Source of the DNA: Octopus sinensis
Lineage: Eukaryota
DNA length: 64,000 nt
Assembly: GCF_006345805.1 (NCBI RefSeq)
Contig: NC_042997.1
Span: 87,730,001 to 87,794,000 of the forward strand
Reading direction: 5' to 3'
The notes below the pieces were generated by a model. It was not told the DNA's origin. It did not search any database and worked only from the letters and a program-made list of their open reading frames with translations. Below, piece by piece: positions 13,655 through 26,994 of this stretch. The translations under genes were made by a program, and so were the position numbers. Positions within the stretch are counted from its first letter, which is position 1. Each line of letters opens with the position of its first letter.

Positions 13655-15235
13655 ATCATTTAATGTCCATTTTTCATGCTGGCATGTATTGGTGGGTTTG
13701 ATAGGAGCTAGTAAGCCGGAGAGCTGCACCAGGCTCTAGTTGTCTGAGTGCTTTTTATGTGGTACTGGCACAGGTGCTTTTTATATGGCACCAACACCAG
13801 TAGGGTTGCCAAGTCAGCTGCAAGACAAAGATCTCTTAGTTGAAGGAGGGAGTGAAACCGAGGGAAGAGGCTGTGTGTCAGGTGAGAGGTTAGAAAAATT
13901 AAAGTGGTTGGGAGGAGGGTAAGAAGAATGAGAGGATGTAAAGTGTGCAGGCAAGCATATGAGAGAAGAATAGTGGGGCCTGTAGCAGGTTTTGGTTAGA
14001 TGAGAGAGCTTTGACAGAGGTCAGATAATGTGAGCGTGTGTGTGTGAGGGCTAGGCCTGTCTATAAACGACGTGCACATATGTATGGATGGCCACGATTT
14101 CACTTAGCTTGACATATCTTCTCAAGCACAGCAAATAGCCAGAAGTCTTCTTGTTGCACACCACATCTGATACCTCTTATACTTAATTTTTCTATTAAAC
14201 TACAATCTGTCATAATATATACTGACATTGCACTTCCATTGGAGCATGCTGGCTTCATTTCTTTCAAGCTTTTGCATGTCCTCTGCAGTCACAGCCTGTG
14301 TTTCACTGCCATTTAACGTAGCTTTTCGTACAGAGGCATCATATAATCTACCTTTCACTCTGAGGGAGAGGCTCTTTGTTACTAACAAAGGTAATAGCTC
14401 TCTGAATTTTGCCCAACCCATTCTTATTTATTTCTTTATTGCTCACAGGGGGCTAAACATAGAGGGGACAAACAAGGATAGACAAAGGGATTAAGTCGAT
14501 TGCATCAACTCCAGTGCATAACTGGTACTTATTTAATTGACCCCAAACGGATGAAAGGTAAAGTCAACCTTGGCAGAATTTGAACTCAGAATGTAATGGC
14601 AGACGAAATACCACTAAGCATTTCATCCGGTGTCCTAATGATTCTGCCAGCTTGCCACCCTATTCTTATTCTAGCAACTATTCTTTCAAAGCAACCTCCT
14701 CCACTGATAACTTGGTTGTCTAAGTAACAGAAGGTATCTCCCATTCCTAAGGATTCCCCCAGGCATTTGAAGAAGTCTATTTTTCTGTACATAATTAATG
14801 TTCATTGTACCTGCACATCTGCCACATACAAACACTACCATCTTTGTTAAGCCTTCCTATGACACTGCTATACCCCTTATGTGTACATAGCTTGCACTGG
14901 ATACACCATATGAAATCTCTACATATACTTTTTCTACATATTGACCTGGGCTACTCTCTGAAGGGATTAGTAATTTGTCTGTTTTCCTATACAAGGACTT
15001 GGGTCTTTGTTAAATTAACTCTGAGGCCCTTTGCTTCCAGACCTTGCTTCCATGCCTGAAATTTCTTCTCTAGCTCTGGTAGTGACTCAGCTTTATGAAC
15101 AAAGTCATTGGTAGATAAGAGACCCCAAGGACAGCCAGTTTAAATTATTCTGTTATGGCCTGGAGGATTATGATAAACAAGAGGGGGCTGAGAGCTAAAT
15201 AAACAAGAAGGGGCTGAGAACTGAGAGGAGCTTTG
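13655..15235 (-). mobile_element. 5'-truncated RTE-clade LINE, decayed
   Basis: RT motifs SPLLFIIILQA, GCPWGLLSTNDFV (decayed ELLYADDLV), FCYL, IVARIR/MGWAKFRELLPLL and ERNEASML, with a 3' (GAT)n tail at ~13655. Confidence 0.9.
14429..14661 (-). mobile_element. SINE family B nested in the RTE ORF
   Basis: 9-bp TSD ATTCTTATT at 14420-14428 and 14662-14670. Removing the insertion restores the reading IVARIRMGWAKFRE. Confidence 0.92.
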
Positions 15236-17525
15236 AGTTCAAATTCCACCAAGGTTGACTGTGTCTTTCATCCTTTCTGGGGGTAGGGAGGTTAATAAAA
15301 TAAGTACCAGTAAAACACTGGGGTCAATGTAATGGACTAGACCCTCCCCCAAAATTCCAGGCCTTGTAGCTATGGTTAAAAGTAATTTTAATGCCAGGCA
15401 AAATGCTTAGCAGCATTTCGTCTGTCTTTTATGGTTGATTTTACATTTCATCTTTTCAGAGTCAGTAAAGTAAGTTTATCACTGGGGCTGATGAAATCGA
15501 TTAGCCCCCTCCCCCATAATTTCAGGCCTTGTACCTATAGTAGAAAGGACTGTTATTATTATTATTTTAATTTTAATATCTGATCATGTCATTCTAATGT
15601 AGTGTGAATAAATCTGTACAACAGACAGTTTCCGTTTGATTTTTTTCACCAGCATCTAAATAAGTAAAAAGTAAAACATTAAAAGTAAACAAATAAAATA
15701 GCACAAGAAGTATAAAGTTGAAGTGTCAATAAAACTGCCATCTTCAGCAGTAACATAATCACTGATTTAGCAGCTAACATGTCATTCTAAGTGCAATGCA
15801 ATCATTGTAACAAGTTCATATAAATACCACTAAGTTGTCGCCTTCACTATAATTATAGTTTGCATGAATGTGTTAGTTTAAGATATCCTTTTACTGACTG
15901 TTTGTTTTCATTTCCATTCCTTAATTGTACCTGGAAATTACTAAGAGGGTCATTTACACATACTTCACTGTAATGTTTAAGTTAGTTGACTTAGAACTTA
16001 AAACCTTCGTGATGTAATAATCAATACATTATCTAGAATTATTGATTGTTCTTCATAATTATATTCTTACTTCTGATGGAAAACATTCTTCATCATTATT
16101 GAAAATAAAATCATTTTAAGATGTTGGCATATGGTATAGATGTGGTAAGATGCCAAACTGAAAATTCTACTGTATTTAATTTTAGTCTTCTACATTTTGA
16201 GTTCAATCCCCACAGAGTTAACATTACCTTCCATTCTACTAATTTTGGTAAAATAAATACTGTGTATCTATTGGGGCTGATTAAATTAGCTATATCTTTC
16301 TCATACAAATTTGTAGATTTGGAACAATGCGAAAAATCAATTATTATATTCTTATTTACTAGTATGAAACAAAGTTGCAGAAATAGTTCAATACCAGACT
16401 AAATGCTTGACACTTACCTCCTCTGTGTTCTGAGTTCAAATCATATTGATGCCAAGTTCCATTTCATTACTCAATGATTGATAAAATACAAGCAATGTAT
16501 ATGAAGTTTGATTCAATCAATTTATCCATCCCCATCAAAGATTGACCTTATTTAGCAAGAACAGTGGAATTCTTGACTACTTTATTTTAATGGCTCGGTT
16601 AGAGTAGGAAAGGTAGCCACTATTTTGGGGCCTCTGACAATGGTGGTAGGGAAAGTCAGAGTTATTCTCAGATTGTACACCTGGCTAGAATGCTTACAAC
16701 AAAGTAGACTCCACTAAAGTTACCAAGGGCCAGGTGATGGCATTAAATCAACATTATCATTGTTTTAATCTCATGCAACATATAGATTACCAGCTCAGTT
16801 CCTTCTTAATTCAAGAGTCATTGAAATAGATACCAGTAATACCTTGGTGTTGGTTAAAAATTTGACTGTGCTTGGTAAAACGAAAATCAATACTTCATCT
16901 TGTTAAATGTTTTTTTTTAATATGCATAATTTTGCCCTAAGGAAGCAGTAGTCTTCTGATTGATAGAATTTTGATCCTGGTTCCAGTTTATTTGTTGTTA
17001 TTTCACATCCCCACATATATACTCAAGAGCATCATTTAGTCTCTTCCCTTTCTTCTATAAGTCAGATACAGAGGTTTCTCACATGTGACCATCATCCATC
17101 TTTCTTTTCTTTCAGGACTGTCCTAAGGACTGGCTGTATCCTATCTCTCTCTTCTATCTTTTCTCTTGTTAAAGAAAATATTTCTCCAGTGTTCACTATT
17201 TTACCCCCGTTCTGGTCTAATGACCCTCCATGTTTGTTTTCGTTTGGTTTCCTTGTATATCTCCACTGTCATGTTTTTGTTCCCAACTTTGACCCTCCAT
17301 AAATCCCAAATTTTATTTTGGTACTTATGGGAGCAACTGTCTTCAAAGACATATATTGCCGTTCAGTACTTGAAATGAGTTGATGGACAGCTGGCAACTG
17401 ATGAAGGGTCATTCTTTATGTTACTTGTCTTGTTTTCCATTTGTTTCTCTCATTGTTTGTGTATTTAACTCATTTGTTTTCATATTTTATGTTGTTTACT
17501 GTTGGTGACGTCTTGTACCCATATA

Positions 17526-17556
<31 letters not shown>

Positions 17557-18128
17557 GGTGAACCACAGCTTACTCTCATGTTTATGATGTTGACTGTAAT
17601 TCTCTTGTCATGCTATGTGTTTCTATTCTCTTCATGCCTTGTGTTTCTTTCATTTCCCCTTACCTGCCATCACAGTTTCATATTTCTCATATACACCATC
17701 TTGTGGTACTTCAGTTTCCACCAATTTGGCCCAACTACTTCCTATCTCCCACCCCCCACCTTCCAGCATGCCTACAATCTATGTAATTGTTGGTTTGCAG
17801 TTCTTCTCCCCTTCCACACATAGAACTAGGATTGTTTGTCTGTTCCCACCCTGGTTAATATATCTGACCCTTTACTGTTAACACTACCACACTAACAGGA
17901 TCCAGACTAACCTTCTACTGCTATATTACTGACTAGCTGTTGTATAAAATGCAGATTATGTGGCTAACTATATGTAAGTTAGATTGGTTGAAGATTAACT
18001 GATAAATTTAACAAACATCTTCAAGATATCTAAACAGTGTTGGATAACCTGTGGCCAGCCACTTCACTTCATATGATTATGCTTTTCTATTTGTGGTATT
18101 GTCATCCTTATATATATATATATATATA

Positions 18129-18617
18129 TGGTGGCAGCCCCCTTGTTATCGAGTATGGCCATTGCACGAAGCTTAATCAATGTTGTTATCGTGCACTGCC
18201 TGTGCAAGAAGATATTTTTTTTAAGTGAGGAAAGGCTGTGCACTGAGTCAATCCCACTCACTAAGCAACAGCAGTCATAATCCGAAAAGAAGAACAAGTC
18301 AACATCATCGGTAACCACTGAGCCGCAGGTTTTATGTCGGAGTTATCCCAGTTACCTGAGTTACCTTCTCCTAGAAGGATGCCCTAACAAAGGCTAGGAG
18401 TCCTTCACTCCCAATGGTTTAACCGAGCGATCGGGTATTCAGTCCGATTATTTCTATGTCCCCACGCATGATACATCCATAAGTAACCCAGTACAACTTG
18501 TTGCATGGTTGGGTCGTCGGCGACTAAACCAGCAACCCCACCAAGCTGTAGGGTGAAAAACAAAACCCGTCAAAGGGCGGAGGAACTCTTGAGAGTCAAC
18601 GGCCATCCAATAACTGT
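18129..18617. mobile_element. ~490-bp CpG-richer cassette inserted in a (TA)n tract, resembling a non-LTR element 5' UTR
   Basis: Sharp compositional boundaries with TA repeats on both sides and no ORF. The family assignment is an impression only. Confidence 0.45.
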
Positions 18618-18737
18618 CTTATATATATATATATAAATATATGTTATCTAAATTTTCTTTACCTAGTGGTCAGCATTTCTAAACTCATAGTTATTTCGAT
18701 CTTGAAAGGATGGACTTGGTGCAAACTTAACTGTATC

Positions 18738-18780
<43 letters not shown>

Positions 18781-18999
18781 ATTAATAGTAATTTTTATTA
18801 ACTTTCATAGCTTTAGAATTTTATGAACTGAACCATGGTTTTAATTATTATTTTTCATCTCCCTATGTAATGAGTATTATATTATATAAGTGTAGCATTA
18901 TGATGTATAAGTTTTTATATTTTACATTTTTATATTTTTATATTTATATGTATATGGTTATATAATATTTTTTACAATTATAACAAATTTAATTTAATT

Positions 19000-19107
19000 C
19001 TCTGAAGAGGCCGTGGGGCATCCTTGTTAATGCCTCATTTATACCTGCCTTTATGGCTTAGAGGTTAAATGAGGTATGACTGCCCTCACTGCCGAAACAG
19101 CTGTCAG
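19000..19107 (+). ncRNA. Type I hammerhead ribozyme motif with a long helix II (Penelope pLTR-like)
   Basis: CTGAAGA (19002-19008), GGC...GCC helix II, GAAAC-AGCT-GTC (19094-19105). Helix III is the palindrome ACAGCTGT. Helix I has only 2 bp. Confidence 0.7.
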
Positions 19108-20979
19108 TTTTGATTTAATTGCATATTATATTTGAAATTTTTTACTTATATCTCTTTATCTTTTTACTATTACTGTATATCTCATTTTGTATAATGCCTT
19201 TACTCATATGTAATGGTGTATTAAAGTATTGATTGGGTATCATCGGATAGTTGATGTTTTATTGATTTAAGTATGTTTCTCCATTCTCTAATTTTGTAAT
19301 ATATATAAATATATATATATACACACACACGAGATTTTGAATTTAGTTCATGGACACCCCCAGTACTACCTGTACAGAACCACTTTCTTTCATGTCCTGT
19401 CTGCAATGTGAACATGTATTAATTTTTCACCAACGTACGGTATATCAACATAGTTTAAATAACAGGCTTGCCTACCTCTAGTTATGTATATCTACATATA
19501 CCTCTTCACCCACATACTCACATATAAAATACCACCACCTACACAATACCTATATCTCCCTGCACATACACTTAAAGTGTTACCAACTGCACAACCATAC
19601 ACATCCCACACACATATTCACAGCCTTCAAAACACTCATGAATGAACTACACCTACTCATAATAAATATATATGCACATATACATACAGACAACATACCA
19701 TACTCACTACTATCTCTGTTCAATAACATCTCATTTACTTTCCTAACCAAAACTCTCTCTCTTTCTTCTTCCATCACTTCTGTCTTTCCACTTTGTGAGA
19801 TATTAATCAAAACAGACTTTTTCTTTTCAAAATATGTTTTTGTCTTTCTCTCTCGTAGAAGTAATGTCCAAAACATCAAACACACCACACTCTGTTATTT
19901 CTTCTTTATAGCATAAAATTAATATCTTGTTTACTGTGCTTACTATTTTTATGTTGTTTTATGTTGTTCCTGATTCTTTTACAGACTTATTTCTCATCAC
20001 CCTCTGACCTTTGAAGTCTGGTATCTATAAGAAATCCTTCCCATACATTCATGTCACTAACAGAAGAAAGGGCATAAATGTTATACGGTTAAATCCTGTC
20101 AATTTTTTTATTCCTAAATTTAAGGTCTTGAGCTTCTACAGAAAATCATATATAGATTTAATTCAACTACACAAAAGCTTAATTTTTGAAAATGTTTTTG
20201 TATTTTTATCTCTTACACTTTTCAAATTTTATTTGTAAACACTATAATATACCATAACTTCTTTCCAAATTACTTATATGCTTCTATTTCCACATTGTCT
20301 AACATCTAAATTATAGTATTGTATCTTGAGGAAATGCAAGAAAATTGTTAAAAAGAAAAAAGAAAAAAGCCTTTCCAGAAAAGGACAATAAGAATAAAAT
20401 ATTACAACAGTCAAATTGAACCATTAATGTTGAAGACTATAAGGCATTGTTTGGCCACTATAAGGCATTGTTTGGCTTTCCAATTTATATGATTTCATAG
20501 AAAATACATTACCAAAATCATAGAAAGATTGTCTGCTAGTGTAGCATAATTGCAGACTGTCCTGCCATTAACAGAACAGAAATATAAATATATACAAAGG
20601 TACTCCTTGTGTCTGTTTTACATTATTCTTCTCAATCAAACATGCTCAGAAAGAAGAAATAATAAACAATAATAGCATTATAGATAGCAGATCAGTTATA
20701 AAGAGACAGTAATGGATAATCTAAATACAATTATACAAATTATGTTACTTATAGCAACACTAAATTTATGTACTGTAAAACATAACACACACCTTTCCCT
20801 GAAGGAGGTTTATATTCTGAAACACTCAAATGAGGATGAAATATTTTATAGATATTAAGGCGTGGTAGTTCAACTAAAATAAATGTTGCTACCATCAATC
20901 AGTTTTTGGTTTGCTTTCTTCATTCTTTTATCCTTTTGCTAGTTTCCTCTCAAGAGCTGCAGCCATGCTGGGTCACCAC

Positions 20980-21012
<33 letters not shown>

Positions 21013-21148
21013 TCTAGTGCAGCCTCTCAGCTTACCAGCTCTGGTCAAACTGTCCAACCCATGCTAGTATGGACAAAAGTCATTAAATGTTGATGATGAT
21101 GATGATGATGATGATGATGAGGAGGAGGAGGAGGAGGAGGAGGATATA

Positions 21149-21181
<33 letters not shown>

Positions 21182-21249
21182 GCACACACAAACACACACA
21201 TATATAAAGGTGATGATCCAGCATGGCCACAGCTCTTGAGAGGTAACAT

Positions 21250-22580
21250 GGATGAGATGCAGTTTGGTTTTCTGTAAGAGAAGCATTTAGCAAAAATTAA
21301 CTGCTGTGCTTGGCATTTGTCAATATGGAGAAAGCCTTTGACTGAGTTCCTCACTCCCTTATCTCATGGTTGCTGCAGAAACTAGGGGTAGATGAGTGAC
21401 TGGTGAGAGCCATCTAAGATATATACAGGTTATGCTGTCAGTAAGGTGAAACGAATATAGTGCCAAATTTAGTGTGATTCACCAAGAATCAGTTCTCATC
21501 TCTCTCTTGTTTATCATAGTCTTCCATAAGACTGGGTGCTCTTGAGAGTTCTCTATGCTGATGACCTTGTTTTTATAACTTAATCTCAACTAGAAGTAGA
21601 CAATGAGTTTCAGGCTTGGGAAATGAAGCCGATATGCAAGAGCTTGAAAAGAAATGAAGCCAGCATGCTCTGCTGGATGTGCAATGTCTGTGTGCTGATA
21701 TGTTAAAATATATTTAAAGAGAAAAATTGAGAACAACAGGTAAGACTGCATTTGTATGGTCAGATGATGTGTATGAATGAGGACAGCTGCATAAAAAAGT
21801 AGCAATCTTTAAATGTTGAGGGGAACCTCTGGAAGACATAGAATGAATTAGCGAGAAATGATCTTCAGATTTGAGCTTCATAGAGGCATTTCCTTTATAC
21901 CCATGACACCTCTGCCCTCGGTACACATTTGGTCTCCCAATAAACCTTCCCCACAACCAATCTTTCTAACACCTCATTCCCCCACCCATGCTCATCACCA
22001 GCTGTATTCCTCTCCATTCTCCCTCATGTACCTACCTGCACACAATTTGTCCCTATTGAATCTCTTCCTTATAACACATCTTCACAAAACCCCCTCCCTT
22101 TACTTGTCCTCACTCATTACACCCCACTCTACATCTACCATTCTCCTTTCCTAATCTCATGAACTCTCCCACTTACCCTAGCTAATCTTTGCTCCACTCA
22201 CCCCCAAACCCTTCCTCATCACATCTTTACCATCTTCTCTCTCTCCTCTTTCTCGCTCTCCTCTCTCTCTCCACTCTTTCCCCTCCTGAGATAGTCATGT
22301 TTCCCCTCTAGTGCAAAACTCCTTTTTTCCGTCCCTCAGTACTACTCCCCACCTCAGTTGGAGGGTCTTGTATTGCAAATTATTTGGTGATCTCACTATT
22401 GCTGGTACCATGTAAAAAGCATCCAATACACTGTAAAGCATTTGGAGTTAGGAAGGTTATGCAGTTGTAGAAACCATGCTAAAGCAGTCTGTAGGGATTG
22501 GTGCAGTCTTCTGACTTGCCAGTTCCTGAGGAACTGTCTAACCCTTGCCAGCATGGAGAAAGGGTGTTAAATGATGAGAT
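21250..22580 (+). mobile_element. Decayed RTE LINE with internal deletions
   Basis: MQFGF, AFD*VP, SLLFIIV, LYADDL and RNEASMLCWMCNV motifs, followed by a 3' UTR and tail. Confidence 0.85.
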
Positions 22581-23360
22581 ATATTCATGAATACATATGC
22601 ACACATGCATAAATATAAACTGCATTACCATCATTTTACTCCCATTTTCCATGCTTGTCTGGGTTGCTCAGGTCTTCTCTAGCACAATATTTCACTATTT
22701 CCCCTGCAGCTAGAGGATCTTAGACACTGTAAACTCCCCTTAGATAATTTTTTTAAATATGGTTAATTTTCAGGCCATTTTGAGACCATCAGTTCTACAC
22801 TAGCAAAATGATTTTACACATGTGTGTACAAGTAATTCGTAATTCTGTTCAAATAAATACCATTATAACTATGACCAATATATATTTTGGTGAACTCAAG
22901 ATTATTTTCAGAATATTATTTTTGTGGCAGGTGATTTAATCTGAGATTGTTCAAACAAAAGCAAATGCAATATGGAAGAGTCATTCTAGCTAGTTAAAAG
23001 TACACAGAAACTGTTAACTTCATTTAGTCATTTATTACTAGGTGTCAAAATTTCCATTGGACTGTCTGCACAGTCTCTGACACAGTTCCACTGCTTTAGT
23101 TTCAATACATGGTCTTGGCTCAAATCTCTTGCCAATCCCTGAGGAACTCTGTTACCAAACTCTGAAGAACTGTTACATATTACCTTAATAGATAACAACT
23201 ACATAACATTTGCTGCATAAAATACTTCATCTCACTGAAAATTTACACATCAAATTAATTTAGTTTATGAATTTATTTGATATTTGAAATAAGATATATA
23301 TATATATAAAAATAAATAAATGGAGTTTTCTGTGTTGTTAACAAGGGAAAAATACACTCA

Positions 23361-23398
<38 letters not shown>

Positions 23399-23399
<1 letters not shown>

Positions 23400-23675
23400 G
23401 AATGCGCTTGACCTAGTAGTTAAGGTGTTACACTCACAATTGCAAGATTGTAGTTTTGATTCCAAGATGGGTTGTGCATCATGTTGAGTAAAACACTTAA
23501 TTTCATTTTACTCCTCTCTACTCAGCTGTAGATGGGTAACTCTGCAGTGGACTGACATTCTGATCAGGGGAGATGTTGGCCTGCGAGCATAGTCAGCAGA
23601 GTAGCATAATTCAAAAGCTATAACAATGTTAAGAGGTGCAGCATGACCAGTGGTATGTAGCAATGTCTGATACAG
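23399..23675 (+). mobile_element. tRNA-derived SINE (family C-like), degenerate
   Basis: Decayed A/B boxes (TGACCTAGTAGTTAAGG; GTTTTGATTCC) and a GAGTAAAACACTTAATTTCA segment. Confidence 0.7.
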
Positions 23676-25719
23676 TAACAGTAATATGTATATTTTTATG
23701 TGTGTATGTAGCTATGTTTCTATATATTTATGAATGTTTGTTTGTGTGTTTGTGTGCACATGCATGCATTCCTGTGTCTTGTTGAGTCTTGTGGGAAGGG
23801 TATTACCCACAACATTTACAGGCTCTTGACAACCAGTGAACTTGATGTTATTAGTGTTCCACTTAAACTATTGCAGGAAAGACATGAGCAAGGAGAAGAT
23901 TTCTAAAAATCAGTGTTCTGAGGAGAAGGACTAGACATAATGGTTTGTGAAAAGCCAAAGGATTTGGACATGTCAAGAGTGATGAGAAGTTGTTAGATTA
24001 GTTGGATAGGAGTGCCTGATTGATAGAGGTAAGGGATCAGCCAGCTCCAAGAATAAAAGGCTATTATAGTAGCACAAGAAGAGACAAAATGCCTGTGAGC
24101 AGATGCTGGTATGTGTCCATTATGACCGAATTCAAATCAGTCAAGTAGCCTTCTCCATAAGCTCTTTAAGCAAGGCTCTTTTGTCATTTTTAGTATATCT
24201 TGCATATCATTATTTCCAAAAGTCAAAAGTGAATATTTTGGAAGACTGATATCGAAATATTTCCTCTAACCTTCTTTTACATTTATTGTTAAAAGTTGCA
24301 AATTCAAGCTGCCTGGATTTTATTTATTTATGCAATTTCACAAAAACTATTATCCGTATTTTAGGGACTTAACTATCCTTCATATTCATCCCATTAGTTA
24401 GAATTCTGGCTTCAGTATTTGACATTAAAAAAAGATAATAGTTTGTTCAATTTTTTCTTGTGCTTTACTAAGTATACAATATTGGTTCTGTAGTTTAAGT
24501 AGAAATTTTAACATCTCTACCAAACTATCCAAAATTAGTTACAAAAGCTCATCATACATTGATTTTTCTGTACAAAATCATGAAGTCCTACTGCTCATTC
24601 TTCCCAAATACATCCAAATAACATTATAAGATTGCCATAGTGCTTTTACAGTTAGTTCAGTTGAGGAAACAGCCTATGCCATGCTGAAAAACATGATCAA
24701 TTTTCAAGATTTGATAGGGAAGGGTCTCAGTGCATACAATTCACTTATCTTGATTCTTTGAATACCTTCAATATAAAGAATGCATTTTATTTCAAAATAC
24801 CTGAAAATGGTTCAAATTTCCACATTCATTTAAAAATCTCACCTACACTAAATCCAAGCTTGCTGCTATTGCAGTAACAAACTTAGATTGACTATATTAG
24901 GAAAACTCTTGAGAGATAGTTTCTTTAAACTCTTGATTTTCTTCCTAATGTTACTGATGATATCTGCCAGTTATAAGTGATATTGATATCACATTTTCTT
25001 TTAAGTACTGCATTAAAAAAAAACTATCACATTTGTATAGATTTGTAAATATTCTAAATCAAAATAGAAAGATCCATGGTGGGGAAATCCACTAACTGCT
25101 ACTCTCAAATTTCCACAAAAAAATTAATGAATAAATAAACTCTGCTAATACAAGTCTTGCTTTTCATAACAATAGATTCATCAATCAGTTTTAAATTGTT
25201 TGGAAATTATGTTTTTCACCATGCCAGAATGAAAAACAGATTTTAAATGATGATGATGGTGATGACCTCTGTCTTTTGCATTTCATTCACCATGTAGTGA
25301 GTAATATCTGTACATGACTTATGAAAGTGAAGTATGTAGCCAAATTTAAGGTTGTTTCTTTCTTAGTATAATCCTAATATCAACAGGGTACAAGGCCTGA
25401 AATTTGGTGGGAGGAGTCTTGTTGATTTCGCTGATCCCAATACTTGACAAGTACTTATTTTATTGAACCCTGAAAACATCAACAGCAAAGTTGGCCTTGG
25501 TGAAATTTGAACTGAGAACATAAAACCAGAAGAATTGGCTGCATAGCATTTTTCCCAGTGTGCTAACAATTCTACTAGCTTGCTGCTTTAGTATAATCTG
25601 AGTATAAAACCATGTTGAGTCAAGCATTTTTTCGTATTTCAAGCTTTAATTAATAGTTCCAACAAATTACATATGAAAAGCACTTATTCATCAAAATCCA
25701 TCCTCACGTATGCTATTGT

Positions 25720-26150
25720 CTATTGCCATTGTTGTGCCAGAAGCTCAATTCCGTGCTTATACCATTTGGATAATTTAGAAACAAAAAACTCCCTACACCT
25801 GTTTTCAACCTTATCCACATTGTTGAATGCAGGAAATGAACCATGACACAGAAAAGCAGTAATCAGATGGCACAAGGTCAGAACTGTAGGCATGCTGAGT
25901 CACATTGGCAGTGTGTCTTGGTATATTGTTATGCTGTAGGAGTACATGTCTTTAATTGACCAATGCTGGGTAGTGGGCTTTCAAAGCATCATATACTCAC
26001 TACAGTTGTTGAGCATAAAGGTTAGTGTTCATAGTACAACCATCTGGGGACAAGTTCAAAGTGCAGCACCCACCACCAAACACAACATGACCTTCTGTTC
26101 AAACAGCCCTTGTTTAATATCAGGTACTGAAGTCTGGTCAGAACAAAGTT
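25720..26150 (-). pseudogene. Mariner transposase relic
   Basis: Frameshifted KVMLC(V)WW, HVLLQHNNIPRHTA (LLQHDNARPHTA) and SDLVPSDY motifs. Confidence 0.8.
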
Positions 26151-26214
26151 ACTGATTTCTCTTATTAAGATTACTAAAATAAATCCATTTCTCATCCCCA
26201 CTTACAATTCAACA

Positions 26215-26535
26215 CCCCAAACAGCATCTTGAAGATTTGTTAGCAATTGTTTGCAAATGTTCACACATCATCAAGCCTGATCATTTTTGCAATACACCTA
26301 GATTGTAGGGTATTTCTAATGTTTCCAGATGCTTTTTCAGGTTGGGTGGTATTGAACCCAATGCTCCAATGACAAACCTTTATGTTCGACTCTCTTAGAT
26401 GCCACATCTTAGTGATCTCAATTCTCATGTCGCCATATTTGTCAGTCTTTTCTCTTTCTTTCATGATAATATGTTGATCTTCTGGCACTGACATGTCAAT
26501 TATTAGGCACTCTTTTTTGTCCCTCCTAAAGGTTA

Positions 26536-26536
<1 letters not shown>
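26215..26536 (-). mobile_element. R4/Dong-like non-LTR 3' fragment (restriction-like endonuclease)
   Basis: CLIIDMSVPEDQHIIMKEREKTDKYGDMRIEITKMW is the PD-(D/E)xK RLE signature. It abuts a (TAA)n tract. Confidence 0.85.
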
Positions 26537-26568
<32 letters not shown>

Positions 26569-26572
<4 letters not shown>

Positions 26573-26940
26573 TAGTTTTATTTTTATAGCGTGCTTTCAC
26601 TTCACTACCGAGCGCAGCTCTGTGTGCCTTGGGTATGTGCTGTGATTTGTTGTGATGCTCTGATGGTTACTGTATGGAAAGTGTTCTGCGTAGGATGTGT
26701 GCAATGCCTAGTAGTGCAATTTTCGGTATGTTATATGTGTTTGGAAGTCCTGGTGTTTTTGTTATGTATTTGTCTGAATATTTTTTTTATCATGCCTAAT
26801 GCACCTACTATGATAGGAATTGTTTCTGTTTTTAGATTCCACATTCTGGTTACCTCTATTTCCAGGTCTTTGTATTTTGAAAATTTCTCCATTTCTTTTA
26901 GAGACACGTTGTCATCTGCTGGTGTTGATACATCAATTAG
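26569..26940 (-). mobile_element. R4/Dong-like non-LTR 3' fragment in a (TAA)n tract
   Basis: LIDVSTPADDNVSLKEMEKFSKYKDLEIEVTRMWNLKTETIPIIVGALGMIKK, with (TAA)n on both sides. Confidence 0.9.
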
Positions 26941-26958
26941 AAATAATAATTATTATTA

Positions 26959-26994
<36 letters not shown>

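Noticed and set aside
17390-17520. CTGATGAAGG motif in a repeat-like segment
   Set aside because: There is no downstream GAAA or helix III, so it is not a hammerhead as it stands.
18430-18540. Possible HDV-like ribozyme (ATG-TCCCACG-CAT resembling P3/L3)
   Set aside because: There is no P1.1 GG after the putative P1' and no P2 partner was found.
20436-20476. 21-bp-period tandem duplication that superficially resembles a CRISPR repeat
   Set aside because: Only two adjacent copies with no spacers, in a eukaryotic context. No CRISPR, rRNA or prokaryotic features were found anywhere in the window.
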